Assembly: GCA_947454145.1 (NCBI GenBank) | Contig: CANGIW010000002.1 | Coordinates: 5,620-69,619, forward strand | Reading direction: 5' to 3' | DNA: 64,000 nucleotides | Source of the DNA: Rickettsiales bacterium | GTDB taxonomy: Bacteria; Pseudomonadota; Alphaproteobacteria; Rickettsiales; Rickettsiaceae | In this document: positions 40,301 through 50,710 of the stretch, one piece after another | How positions within the stretch are numbered: position 1 is the first letter of the stretch | How the letters are laid out: each line of letters starts with the position of its first letter | Notes under the pieces: model-generated | Told to the model about the DNA's origin: nothing | Database searches by the model: none | The model's input: the letters and a program-made list of their open reading frames with translations, nothing else | Program-made: the position numbers and the translations under genes

Positions 40301-40683
40301 TATGTATAATTTTGAATATTTTAATTCGCCCTCACATCTTTTTATTCTTATTATTAAAGGCCTAGGCAATAAAGATAAATTTCTGGATTTATAGGTTAAG
40401 TTGCAGTGCAAACAATTTAAGGGGTTTAGCTTTGTGTTGATGAACAGCTTTATATGTCTGGCGATTCAATCTTTGATTCTGGGGGTAAAGTTAATAAATT
40501 CGTCATAAAAGCCCTTAGTTTAATATAAATCAAGAAATTTTAACTTCATTCCCTATTATACATTATAATTGTGGCCATTAGTAAAATATTTTTGTGTCAT
40601 GAAAAATTCATGTAACATATTTTTCGTTCTCATAGTATAATCTTTATGTTTTACAATATAAATATTACTAGATAAAAAACTAT

Positions 40684-42006
40684 ATGAAGAAGAAATTATT
40701 TATTCAAACATACGGTTGTCAGCAAAATGAATATGACTCTATACGTATCGGGGAGTTGATGACAACAAATGGGTATGAAATTACATATGAAATGAAGGAA
40801 GCTGATATGGTAGTTTTAAATACTTGCCATATAAGAGAAAAAGCCACACAGAAGTTATATTCTGAACTTGGAAGAATAAAAAAAATCAATGCAGGTAAAA
40901 AAGTAGTTACTGTAGTAGCAGGTTGTGTGGGGCAGGCTGAAGGCGAACAAATATTTGATAGATCCAATAATTTCGTAGATATAGTTGTTGGTCCTCAGTC
41001 TTATACGGAGCTACCTAAATTATTAGATAAGATTAATCAAGGGGATAAGAGGGCGATAGAATTAGATTTTGTTCTAGAAGCCAAATTTGATATATTACCA
41101 GAATCACAAGTAGCACAAGGACCTAGTGGATATGTTTCTATTCAAGAAGGATGTGATAAATTTTGTAGTTTTTGTTGTGTGCCTTATACGAGGGGAGCTG
41201 AATTTTCAAGACCTATGGAACAGGTTTATAGAGAAGCTTTGATGCTTGCTTCTAAAGGCAGTAAAGAAATATATTTACTTGGACAAAATGTTAGTGCTTA
41301 TCATGGCAAAAAATTAGATGGCAGTATATGTGATTTAGCAGAATTAGTGGAGTTAATAAGTCAAATACCTAATGTTGAGCGCATAAGATATACTACTTCT
41401 CATCCTATGGACATGACAACTAGACTTATTGATATGCACAGTCGTCAGAACAAATTGATGCCTTTTTTGCATTTACCAGTTCAGTCTGGCTCAAATGTTA
41501 TTCTAAAGGCTATGAATAGAAAATATACAAGAGAAAAATATCTAGAGCTTATCGGCGCTTATAAAAATGCAAGACCAGATATACAGGTTTCGTCAGATTT
41601 TATAGTAGGATTTCCAGGAGAGACTGATGAAGATTTTGATGCTACTTTTTCTTTAGCTACTGAGGTTAAATTTGTGCAATCTTATTCCTTTAAATATAGT
41701 CCGCGACCTGGAACTCCGGCTGCTTTAAAAGCGCAAATAGATGAATCTATAAAAATAAAGAGACTCGCGATTTTACAAGAACAACTAATCAAAAATCAAA
41801 TGGAATTTAATGAAAGCTGTGTAGGTAGAACAATGCCAATTTTATTTTTAAAAGATGGTCGTTATGATAATCAAATTATAGGTAAAACCGAATATATGCA
41901 ATCGGTACATGTTGATACAAAAGCAGGAAAAGATTTGCACGGCAACATTATAAATGTCAGGATTATTCGTGCTTTAGAAAATAGTTTAGCTGGTGTTATA
42001 GATTAA
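40684..42006 (+). CDS. miaB: tRNA-2-methylthio-N6-dimethylallyladenosine synthase
   Basis: 440 aa. It has an N-terminal '[11 protein letters not shown]', a radical-SAM '[15 protein letters not shown]' and a C-terminal TRAM region. Confidence 0.95.
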   Translation: MKKKLFIQTYGCQQNEYDSIRIGELMTTNGYEITYEMKEADMVVLNTCHIREKATQKLYSELGRIKKINAGKKVVTVVAGCVGQAEGEQIFDRSNNFVDIVVGPQSYTELPKLLDKINQGDKRAIELDFVLEAKFDILPESQVAQGPSGYVSIQEGCDKFCSFCCVPYTRGAEFSRPMEQVYREALMLASKGSKEIYLLGQNVSAYHGKKLDGSICDLAELVELISQIPNVERIRYTTSHPMDMTTRLIDMHSRQNKLMPFLHLPVQSGSNVILKAMNRKYTREKYLELIGAYKNARPDIQVSSDFIVGFPGETDEDFDATFSLATEVKFVQSYSFKYSPRPGTPAALKAQIDESIKIKRLAILQEQLIKNQMEFNESCVGRTMPILFLKDGRYDNQIIGKTEYMQSVHVDTKAGKDLHGNIINVRIIRALENSLAGVID

Positions 42007-42031
42007 AATCTTTTTAAGGAAAAACGAGGAA

Positions 42032-42688
42032 ATGAATCAGCAATTAATTCTAGCTATATCCGACTTATATCATGAAAGTGAAGATTATATTCGTACTAAA
42101 TCTAATTATAAGGCTTATAACCGTATGATGAAATTTGGTGGTGAAAGAAGTATAGCTTTGTATAATAATTCAATAATATTGTTAGGACCCAAATTTTCTG
42201 GTAAAAGTTTGCTACTATCTTTATGGGCTAAAAAATATTCTGCAAAAACAATTAACCTTACAGACACTAATATTGAAAAAATAGAAAATTTATCGGCTCT
42301 GGTTATAGATGATATAGATCAAAATCCAGATGAAGAAAAATTATTGCATATTTTTAATTGGTGCCATCAAAATGATATTTTTTTGGTTCTTTCTTCTGTA
42401 AGTTTAGAAGCTTTTCATTTACCAGATTTAAGTTCAAGAATAAAATCAATAGAGTCGGTAGTCATAGATAAACCAGATGATGAAATGATAAAAATATTTA
42501 TGGCAAAACAATTTTCTAATTTTAGTATCCATATTTCAGATCAGGTTATTAAATTTATAGCAGAGCATGTAAAAAGAGACTTGGGTTATATAAAAGAATT
42601 TATTTTTGCTTTAAATAAAATTTCATTAGAAAAAAATAAAAAAATTTCAATAGAATTAGTAAAAGATCTGATAAATAGCTTTTCATAA
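42032..42688 (+). CDS. hda: DnaA-related AAA+ protein, HdaA-like regulatory inactivator
   Basis: 218 aa with a Walker A-like 'LLGPKFSGKSLLL' and 'LVIDDID'. Its size and layout resemble alphaproteobacterial HdaA. Confidence 0.55.
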   Translation: MNQQLILAISDLYHESEDYIRTKSNYKAYNRMMKFGGERSIALYNNSIILLGPKFSGKSLLLSLWAKKYSAKTINLTDTNIEKIENLSALVIDDIDQNPDEEKLLHIFNWCHQNDIFLVLSSVSLEAFHLPDLSSRIKSIESVVIDKPDDEMIKIFMAKQFSNFSIHISDQVIKFIAEHVKRDLGYIKEFIFALNKISLEKNKKISIELVKDLINSFS

Positions 42689-42723
42689 AATAACAGCAAT
42701 ATCTTTAATTATTCTTTTTATAT

Positions 42724-43575
42724 ATGAAAATTTTAGAAGCTATTACTTTTTTAGAAAAGAGGTTAAAAAAATTAGCATTTGTTTCTAATTCCAATATAGA
42801 AGCTAAATTTTTGTTAGAAAAAATTTTAGATTGTTCAGCTTTAGACTTTAGTCAATTTTATGATCAAGAGCTATCTGCACAGCAATGTATTTTGTTAAAC
42901 AATTTTATTGTGGCTAGGGAAAACAAAGAACCAATAGCCTATATAACACAATTGCAGGCATTTTGGAAATATGAGTTTAAAGTTAATGATGCGGTATTGA
43001 TTCCTAGAAGTGACTCAGAAACTTTAATAGAAGCAGTGCTTACTAATATAAAAAATCCAAAAGATTCTTTCAAACTACTGGATTTAGGGGTAGGAAGCGG
43101 CTGTCTTACTATTTCTTTGATGCTAGAGTTAGTAAACTCTACAGCCGTTGGCCTAGATATTTCAGCTGATGCTTTGATTGTTGCAAAAAATAATATAGAC
43201 CAATATAGATTACAAGATAGAATCACGTTACAAAAAAGCGATTGGTTTGAAAAATTATCATCTTTAGATAAATTCGATATTATTATTTCAAACCCGCCTT
43301 ATATTTCGATTACTGAAATAAATGTGATGAGTGAAGAAACTTTGATATATGAGCCGCATATTGCTCTTTTTGCAGAAGATAAAGGATTAGAAAATTATAA
43401 AATTATAGCCAACCATGCTAAAAATTTCCTTAAGATAAATGGTAGAATTTACTTAGAAATAGGTTTTAATCAAGCTAAATCAGTAAAAAAAATATTTACT
43501 GATAAAGGCTATATCTTTGTGAATTCGTATAAAGATTTAGGTGATATAGAAAGATGTTTAGAATTTAAAATATGA
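42724..43575 (+). CDS. prmC: peptide chain release factor N5-glutamine methyltransferase
   Basis: 283 aa with the SAM motif 'LLDLGVGSGCL' and the catalytic 'ISNPPYI'. Confidence 0.9.
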   Translation: MKILEAITFLEKRLKKLAFVSNSNIEAKFLLEKILDCSALDFSQFYDQELSAQQCILLNNFIVARENKEPIAYITQLQAFWKYEFKVNDAVLIPRSDSETLIEAVLTNIKNPKDSFKLLDLGVGSGCLTISLMLELVNSTAVGLDISADALIVAKNNIDQYRLQDRITLQKSDWFEKLSSLDKFDIIISNPPYISITEINVMSEETLIYEPHIALFAEDKGLENYKIIANHAKNFLKINGRIYLEIGFNQAKSVKKIFTDKGYIFVNSYKDLGDIERCLEFKI

Positions 43576-44003
43576 TAAAAAAGATATTATTACCCACCCC
43601 AGAAGAAACTATGAAATTTGGTATTGATATAGCTAAAACTTTAAAAATTGGAGATATAATAACTTTATCCGGATGTCTTGGGGCAGGCAAAACTTGTTTA
43701 GCGGGAGCTATAATCAACTATTTTTATCCTGAAGAAATTGTTACTAGTCCAACATTCAATATAGTAAACATTTACAATAATGATAGGATAACTATTTATC
43801 ATTACGATCTATACAGACTTAAAAATAAGGATGAAATTTTTAATTTGGGTATAGAAGAATCTTTTTTTTCTGGTATTTCTATAATAGAATGGCCTGAAAT
43901 AGCACAAAATCTTATTCAAAAAAATAGTCTTATTAGTATAAAAATAGATGTTAATGATAACTGTATGCGTGAAGCTGAAGTTGTTGATATGCGTGTAGTC
44001 TGA
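43572..44003 (+). CDS. tsaE: tRNA threonylcarbamoyladenosine biosynthesis protein TsaE
   Basis: 143 aa with 'LSGCLGAGKT', 'SPTFNIVNIY' and 'HYDLYRL'. It shares an ATGA overlap with prmC. Confidence 0.85.
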   Translation: MIKKILLPTPEETMKFGIDIAKTLKIGDIITLSGCLGAGKTCLAGAIINYFYPEEIVTSPTFNIVNIYNNDRITIYHYDLYRLKNKDEIFNLGIEESFFSGISIIEWPEIAQNLIQKNSLISIKIDVNDNCMREAEVVDMRVV

Positions 44004-44110
44004 TTTCAGCTATTTTTAGTATTAAGGAGTAAAAAAAATAATTTTATTTAATTAGTTTTTACTATATAATCAAGAGATAAAATTTATATAGCAAATTAAG
44101 AGGTAAATAT

Positions 44111-44728
44111 ATGCCATTAGTACCAATAGTAATAGAGCAAACAAGTAGAGGTGAAAGATCTTATGATATATATTCTAGGCTACTTAGAGAACGTATTATT
44201 TTCATTACCAATCAAGTTGAAGATAATATGGCAAATCTTATCGTGGCTCAATTACTTTTTTTAGAAGCAGAAAATCCGAATAAGGAGATTTACATGTATA
44301 TTAATTCTCCTGGTGGTTCCGTAACTGCTGGTATGGCTATTTATGATACAATGCAGTATGTTAAATCCAAAATAGTAACTATTTGTATGGGTCAAGCATG
44401 TTCTATGGGGTCTTTGTTGCTTACAGCTGGAACTAAAGGGTATAGATATTCTTTACCATGTAGTAGAATTATGGTTCACCAACCCTTAGGAGGTTTTCAA
44501 GGACAGGCTACAGATATTGAAATTCATGCAAAAGAAATGAGGAAAGTAAAAGAATTATTGCATAATATCTACGTAAAACATACTGGTAAAAACTTAGATT
44601 TCATTATTGCTAATATGGAAAGAGATAATTTTATGAACCCACAAGAAGCTTGTGAGTTTGGTTTAATAGATAAAATTATTAGCAATAGAGATGAAGTTGT
44701 GATTGCTGATAGTAAAACAGAAAAATAA
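44111..44728 (+). CDS. clpP: ATP-dependent Clp protease proteolytic subunit
   Basis: 205 aa with '[13 protein letters not shown]', '[11 protein letters not shown]', a catalytic Ser in 'GQACSMGS' and 'MVHQPLGG'. Confidence 0.97.
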   Translation: MPLVPIVIEQTSRGERSYDIYSRLLRERIIFITNQVEDNMANLIVAQLLFLEAENPNKEIYMYINSPGGSVTAGMAIYDTMQYVKSKIVTICMGQACSMGSLLLTAGTKGYRYSLPCSRIMVHQPLGGFQGQATDIEIHAKEMRKVKELLHNIYVKHTGKNLDFIIANMERDNFMNPQEACEFGLIDKIISNRDEVVIADSKTEK

Positions 44729-44835
44729 ATTATTTTTGGAAGTATAACGCGATTAATAATTAAATTCTTTACTACTTTGTTATCATATCATAATATATAT
44801 TAATATTTACTAATTTTATCAAATATATTCATGAT

Positions 44836-45246
44836 ATGGCTTCAAACAAAAATATACCTAGTAAAAAAATAGAAGAACTAAAAATATTAATACAAAATCC
44901 TCAAGAACAAAATGTAGAAATCGAAAATAATAAATTAGTTCAACAAATTCCTGCTCGTGTAGCTTATAAAGCTGAAGGTAAAGATACAGAAGAGCTTATT
45001 ATTGATCCTAGTATACTGGACAAAATGTCCCAAAAAGATTTGCAACACAATATAAAAGAACTTTTAGAGCTTAACTCTAAAGCATTACAATCTAAAACAG
45101 CAGAAAATATCGCTGATTCTGAAAAACTAATATTAAAAGGATTGTTGGACGAAATAACTGATATAAAAAAATTTTTTCTAGAAAACTCATCTAAGAAAAT
45201 AAATAGTAAAAAGCAACGTTCTACAAAATCACTATTTCAAAAATAG
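44836..45246 (+). CDS. hypothetical charged helical protein
   Basis: 136-aa ORF rich in K/E/Q. I recognise no motif. Confidence 0.35.
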   Translation: MASNKNIPSKKIEELKILIQNPQEQNVEIENNKLVQQIPARVAYKAEGKDTEELIIDPSILDKMSQKDLQHNIKELLELNSKALQSKTAENIADSEKLILKGLLDEITDIKKFFLENSSKKINSKKQRSTKSLFQK

Positions 45247-45596
45247 ACCCAAGATATTTTAAAGACAAAGTTATATCAACATATAAGAGGAATACAATAC
45301 GTTATGCCCTTCTATAATTGCGTTATCACTTCAAATCACAATAATTACCTAGTCTTAGATAAAAAAGTTCATCAAAAAATTAAGTACAAAAATATTTTAA
45401 AAATATGCTTTACTATTTTTTTCTATCTATGGTAGAATTTTTATATAATTCTTAAGTTTTTGTATTTCAAATATATAGTTGAGTTTTTCTGTGAAGCTTT
45501 ACGTTAATATAAAAATATATATGAAAACAAGAATTGTAAACTAGTAACATTACTATTGGTAATAATATAAATTAATACAAAAAGGTTGAAATCTTT

Positions 45597-45803
45597 ATGA
45601 ATACAGGCGCAATTAAATGGTTCGACAATACTAAAGGCTATGGTTTTATTAAAAGTGATGATGATGGTAAGGATGTATTTGTCCATATTTCTGCCTTGCA
45701 AAAAGCAGCTATATCAAATGTTCTTCCTGGACAAAAAGTTAAATATGAACTGGAAGAAAAGGCAGGTAGAATAGGTGCAACAGAAATAGAGCTTTTGGTT
45801 TAA
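45597..45803 (+). CDS. cspA: cold-shock protein (CspA family)
   Basis: 68 aa with RNP1 'KGYGFI' and RNP2 'VFVHIS'. Confidence 0.95.
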   Translation: MNTGAIKWFDNTKGYGFIKSDDDGKDVFVHISALQKAAISNVLPGQKVKYELEEKAGRIGATEIELLV

Positions 45804-45874
45804 ATTGTTGAACTAAGGCGTTTTGGGAGTAATTATTTTGGAATATACAGAGAATTCATTTGTAGATAGAAAAT

Positions 45875-46969
45875 TTATCGCCAAATGAATTTAACCCTGT
45901 TTTGTACGTTTGTAGATATATCATAATTAGTATTATTGGTGTGTTTTGCTAAAATTTCTAATGGTACATTTTCTCCCCAAAATTCTACCTCGTCTCCTAT
46001 TTTTGCTTCTGGGTAAGAGGTTAAATCTACGCACATCATGTCCATAGAAACTCTACCTATTAGTGGGCATAGTATATTATTTATAAAAATTGGAGCTCCG
46101 TCTTTTGCGGTAATTGGATATCCATCACCATAACCCATAGCTATCACGCCTATTTTAGTATCTTTTTGGCAAACAGATCTAGCCCCATAACCTATAGTAG
46201 AACCTTCTGCAACATTTTTTACAGAAATCAATTTTGATTGCATGCTCATTACTGGTTTTAAACCTAAATCTGGACCAGTCTGATCTTTAAAGGGAGAAAG
46301 ACCGTACAGCAAGATTCCTGGACGTACTACTTCATAATGTTGATCGGGGAAGTTAAAAATTGCAGCAGAGTTGCAAAAGCTTTTGATTACCGGTAATTTT
46401 GAAACAAATTGGCTAAAATGTTTTATTTGTATTTCATTTAGGGGATTTTGTTTATTATCTGCACAGGCAAAATGAGACATAATTCCTATAGGCAAAGATA
46501 CATTAGGTAGACTAATTAATTTACCGTAGGCCTGTGGTGCTTCGTTAATAGAAAAACCTAGTCTACCCATTCCAGTATCTATTTTTAACCAAACTCTAAA
46601 TTTTTTTTCTGCATAAATATTTTCTTCAAGCCATTTTAATTGTTCCCAATTATGTATGACGACATCAAAATTTTCAATTGCAGCTGCATTTAACTCTTCT
46701 GGTTCAAATATACCCTCCATAAGAGTTATAGAGGATTTGATATTGGCTTTTCTTAAAGCTATAGCTTCATCGATAGAGGCCACACCTAAACTATATAAAT
46801 TTAAATCATCTAAATGCTTTGAGACTGAGCGTAAACCATGACCATATGCATTTGCTTTAACCATAGCAATTATTTGACTCTTGGGTGCTAATTTGGAAAC
46901 AAAATTTATATTGTGCAATAAATTATTCTTTGAAAGAATAGCGCAAGAGAAACGAGCCATATTTGTCAA
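45875..46969 (-). CDS. alr: alanine racemase
   Basis: 364 aa with the PLP lysine context 'AMVKANAYGHG' and a C-terminal 'GRVSMDMMCVD'. Confidence 0.9.
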   Translation of the reverse strand: MTNMARFSCAILSKNNLLHNINFVSKLAPKSQIIAMVKANAYGHGLRSVSKHLDDLNLYSLGVASIDEAIALRKANIKSSITLMEGIFEPEELNAAAIENFDVVIHNWEQLKWLEENIYAEKKFRVWLKIDTGMGRLGFSINEAPQAYGKLISLPNVSLPIGIMSHFACADNKQNPLNEIQIKHFSQFVSKLPVIKSFCNSAAIFNFPDQHYEVVRPGILLYGLSPFKDQTGPDLGLKPVMSMQSKLISVKNVAEGSTIGYGARSVCQKDTKIGVIAMGYGDGYPITAKDGAPIFINNILCPLIGRVSMDMMCVDLTSYPEAKIGDEVEFWGENVPLEILAKHTNNTNYDISTNVQNRVKFIWR

Positions 46970-47057
46970 AAATATCTAAAAATAAAATTAATACCATCAA
47001 TTTAGATACTAAATTAATTTAGTATTTTGTCAATAAAAGACTATAGGGTGATTAAAG

Positions 47058-47141
47058 ATGGCAATTAACAAATTAATTGGTTATAAAAAGCATATAAGTG
47101 TTGATATGGAATCTGTTTTGATCAGGGGTACTGCACTTTAG
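47058..47141 (+). pseudogene. relic of an IS5/IS4-type DDE transposase
   Basis: A 27-codon fragment, MAINKLIGYKKHISVDMESVLIRGTAL*, matches the 'GYK.H..VD..S.LI....T.A' block around the first catalytic Asp of IS5-family transposases. Stop codons lie on both sides. Confidence 0.35.
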
Positions 47142-47235
47142 CAGCAAAAAATAAGATTTAGATACAAAAAATTTTATGTCATAACTCTATATCTTTTGTT
47201 CTTGTTTTAAGATGTCTATTTCAAACTAGATTAGT

Positions 47236-47278
47236 AAATCTCTCTTCCTAGTTTATAGCAAATTAAGAAGAGAGATTT
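47236..47278. terminator. perfect 12-bp stem hairpin downstream of maeB (terminator candidate)
   Basis: aaatctctcttc (47236-47247) pairs with gaagagagattt (47267-47278) around an 19-nt loop. T residues follow on the + strand. It lies about 45 nt past the maeB stop on the - strand. Confidence 0.4.
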
Positions 47279-47323
47279 TTAACCCAAAAAGGTTAGTGGG
47301 CGCCGATGGATGCAATCTAAATA

Positions 47324-49597
47324 TTAGTTAATCATTATAGCACCATAGGCTGCTAAAGCTAAAGAATAAATTAACTCATTAGCTGAGCTACCCATTTTGA
47401 CTATCTGTACAGATTTAGAAATACCAGTAAGAACATTACCAATAAATGTTCCGTTAGACATTTCATCTAAAAGCTGCGTAGATACTGATGCGCTTATAAG
47501 ATTTGGCATAATAAGTATATTAGCAGGTTTGGATAAACGAGCAAAAGGATAAAGTTTTAACACAGATTCATTTAATGCTGCTTCTACTGATATTTCACCA
47601 TCATACTCGAAATCAACAGATTTAGCATCTAATAGCTTCACGGCATCTTTCACTCTTTGAGTTATTGGGTCATTGTTTCCAGAAAAATTCGTGGCAGCAA
47701 TCAAAGCTACTCTAGGCTTATACCCCATATTTTCAGCTATTTTAGCCAATTGAATAGCCACTGAAGCAATTTGTTCAGAAGATAGAGTTGTGTTAACGCT
47801 AGTGTCACCAATTAATATCTGTTTGTTATTACTCAAAAATGTAGCATAGCTGAATACTTCCTTGTTAGCTGCTTTAGGAATAACACGTAAAATATCATCT
47901 AAACAATTGTGATAATTATTACTAAAACCAGTAACAATTGCATCAGCATGACCACATTCAACCATTAAACTTGCAAAAATATGCCTATCTGTTTTAACTA
48001 ACTTGGCGCAATCTTTATATAAATAACCTTTTCTTTGAAGTCTTTCATATAGATATTCTATATATTGATTAAGGTGAGGGGTGTTGGCTGCATTTACAAT
48101 TGTTATATCAAAATTGTCTGAGTAGCCGATGTGTTGTAATATTGGTTCAATTTTACTCATTCTTCCAACTAATATAGGTTTTGCATAACCGTTTTTATTT
48201 GCAGTGATAGCGGCTTTAACAACCTCTTCATCTTCACCTTCGGCTAAAACTACTCTTTGTTTGTTGGCAATAATTACATTAAAAATATTACTCATGTAAT
48301 ATGCAGTAGGATTTACACGTCTTTCCAAATCACGTACGTATAGCGCTAAACTCTCGTAAGGTTGTTTTGCTACGTTAGTTTCTATAGCTGCTTTTGCTAC
48401 AGCAACGGGTATGGTAGTTATCAATCTTGGATCGAATGGCACTGGAATGATATATTCAGAGCCGTAAATAAATTTTCTACCACCGTATATTTTACGTACT
48501 TCTTCAGAAACTGGCTGATGAGCTAATTCAGCTAAAGCTTTTGATGCTGCAATTTTCATTTCAATGTTAATCTCTGTTGCTCTAACATCTAAAGCTCCTC
48601 TAAAAATATAAGGAAAGCATAATACATTATTAATCTGGTTAGGGTAGTCAGATCTACCTGTTGCTATAATGGCATCACTACGAACAGATTTAACTTTTTC
48701 AGGTGTTATTTCTGGATCTGGATTAGCCATAGCAAATATTATTGGGCTTGAAGCCATAGATTTCACCATTTCTTCATCTACAGCGTCTTTGGAGGATAGA
48801 CCTAAAAATATATCTGCTCCAACCATAGCTTGCCTTAAAGTGCGAGACTCCGTGGTAGCAGCATGCTTTTCTTTCCAAGGGTTCATGCCTTCTTTTCGAC
48901 CCTTATATATTGTGCCCTTAGTATCGCATAGTATTACGTTTTCTGCTTTAGCACCCATAGCTTTTATGAGCTCTATGCAAGCAATAGCAGCAGCGCCTGC
49001 TCCATTGACTACTATTTTGCAATTTTGTAATTCTTTTTTTGTTAAGTGCAAAGCATTTTTTAATCCTGCACTAACTACTATAGCTGTTCCGTGTTGATCA
49101 TCATGAAAAACAGGTATATCCATTAATTTTTTAAGCTCTTCTTCAATAATAAAACACTCTGGAGCTTTTATATCTTCTAGGTTTATTCCCCCCCAGCTTG
49201 GACCAAGATATTTTATAGCATTAATAAATTCTTGGGTATCTTCGGTATTCACTTCTATATCTACACTATTAATAGCAGCAAAGCGCTGGAACAAAGCAGA
49301 CTTACCTTCCATAACTGGTTTACTTGCAGCGGCTCCAATATTACCTAGGCCTAAAACAGCAGTTCCGTTACTTATAACAGCAACAGTATTACCCTTAGAA
49401 GTGTAATCGTAAGCAGCTTCAATATTTTTCGCTATTTCTAAACATGGTGCTGCTACACCTGGAGAATAAGCTAAGGCTAAATCTTCTTGCGTTACCATTG
49501 GTTTAGTGGGTATGACGCTCAATTTTCCAGCTTGAGGCTTCTTGTGGTATTCTAAAGCTTCTTTGTAGTATTTGGGTGTAGAAGGAGGTTGTGCCAT
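47324..49597 (-). CDS. maeB: NADP-dependent malic enzyme with a C-terminal phosphate-acetyltransferase-like domain
   Basis: 757 aa with 'LALAYSPGVA', 'VFHDDQHGTAIV' and 'VNGAGAAAIA', followed by a PTA-like C-terminal half. Confidence 0.95.
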   Translation of the reverse strand: MAQPPSTPKYYKEALEYHKKPQAGKLSVIPTKPMVTQEDLALAYSPGVAAPCLEIAKNIEAAYDYTSKGNTVAVISNGTAVLGLGNIGAAASKPVMEGKSALFQRFAAINSVDIEVNTEDTQEFINAIKYLGPSWGGINLEDIKAPECFIIEEELKKLMDIPVFHDDQHGTAIVVSAGLKNALHLTKKELQNCKIVVNGAGAAAIACIELIKAMGAKAENVILCDTKGTIYKGRKEGMNPWKEKHAATTESRTLRQAMVGADIFLGLSSKDAVDEEMVKSMASSPIIFAMANPDPEITPEKVKSVRSDAIIATGRSDYPNQINNVLCFPYIFRGALDVRATEINIEMKIAASKALAELAHQPVSEEVRKIYGGRKFIYGSEYIIPVPFDPRLITTIPVAVAKAAIETNVAKQPYESLALYVRDLERRVNPTAYYMSNIFNVIIANKQRVVLAEGEDEEVVKAAITANKNGYAKPILVGRMSKIEPILQHIGYSDNFDITIVNAANTPHLNQYIEYLYERLQRKGYLYKDCAKLVKTDRHIFASLMVECGHADAIVTGFSNNYHNCLDDILRVIPKAANKEVFSYATFLSNNKQILIGDTSVNTTLSSEQIASVAIQLAKIAENMGYKPRVALIAATNFSGNNDPITQRVKDAVKLLDAKSVDFEYDGEISVEAALNESVLKLYPFARLSKPANILIMPNLISASVSTQLLDEMSNGTFIGNVLTGISKSVQIVKMGSSANELIYSLALAAYGAIMIN

Positions 49598-49691
49598 AAT
49601 ATAAGTGTAAAATAATATTAGATTGAGACTTTACTATTTATAGCATCTTTTATAAAATAGTCCATATAGAATTTAGGCTTTATGAATTTTT

Positions 49692-50708
49692 TTATTTAAG
49701 TAAAATATCTCCTATACCCATAGAATGTTTAATTTCTACCAAAGTATTGCTTGCTATTTTACGAGCAGATTCAGTTCCTTGACGAAGAACTTCTAACGCA
49801 TGATTATCACTAACAGTATTCCTTTTTTCACGAATTGGTGCTAGAAAATTCTGCATTTCATCATTTAATATATTCTTAAGTTTAACGTCACCTAAGCCGC
49901 CTTTTTTATAATGGGTTTTAAGTTCATCTAGATGGTCTTTATGAGGATAAAAAATATCTAAATAACTGAATACTACGTTACCATCAACCTTTCCTGGATC
50001 TGATATTTTAATATGATCTGGATCTGTATACATAGAAAATATTTTTTCCTTTATAGTATAAGGATCGTCTGATAAGTAAATAGCATTATTTAAACTTTTA
50101 CTCATCTTGGTTTTGCCGTCGATACCTTGCAATCTTGCATTTTCTGAGATTATGGCCGTACATTCCTTCAGACAATCAGTGTTGTACAAGCGATTAAACT
50201 TACGTACAATCTCATTAGTTTGTTCGATCATGGGCAGTTGATCTTCTCCAACCGGCACCAATTCTGCTTTAAAAGCAGTTATATCGGCTGCTTGGCTTAT
50301 TGGATAACACAAAAACCCTACAGGAATTTCACCTCTAAAATTTTTTTGTAATATTTCTGTTTTTACAGTCGGATTGCGTTCAAGACGACCTAAATTCACT
50401 AAATTTAAATAATAAAAAGTTATCTCTGCAAGTTCACAAATATAAGATTGCAAAAATATAATAGTAAGTGATGGGTCTATACCAATTGCTAAATAATCCT
50501 TTACTATCTCGGTGATATTTTTTCTAACTAAAGAACTATCGCTAAAATTATCTGTAAGGGCTTGTGCATCAGCTACCATTAATAATTGTAATATTTGGTT
50601 GTTGGATTGTAACTTTAATCTATTTACAAGTGATCCAAAATAATGGCCTAAATGTAGCCTACCAGTTGGCCTATCTCCCGTTAAAGCTATTTTTTTATTT
50701 ATTTGCAT
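49692..50708 (-). CDS. trpS: tryptophan--tRNA ligase
   Basis: 338 aa with class I motifs 'GRLHLGHY' (HIGH) and 'KMSKS'. Confidence 0.95.
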   Translation of the reverse strand: MQINKKIALTGDRPTGRLHLGHYFGSLVNRLKLQSNNQILQLLMVADAQALTDNFSDSSLVRKNITEIVKDYLAIGIDPSLTIIFLQSYICELAEITFYYLNLVNLGRLERNPTVKTEILQKNFRGEIPVGFLCYPISQAADITAFKAELVPVGEDQLPMIEQTNEIVRKFNRLYNTDCLKECTAIISENARLQGIDGKTKMSKSLNNAIYLSDDPYTIKEKIFSMYTDPDHIKISDPGKVDGNVVFSYLDIFYPHKDHLDELKTHYKKGGLGDVKLKNILNDEMQNFLAPIREKRNTVSDNHALEVLRQGTESARKIASNTLVEIKHSMGIGDILLK

Positions 50709-50710
50709 AC

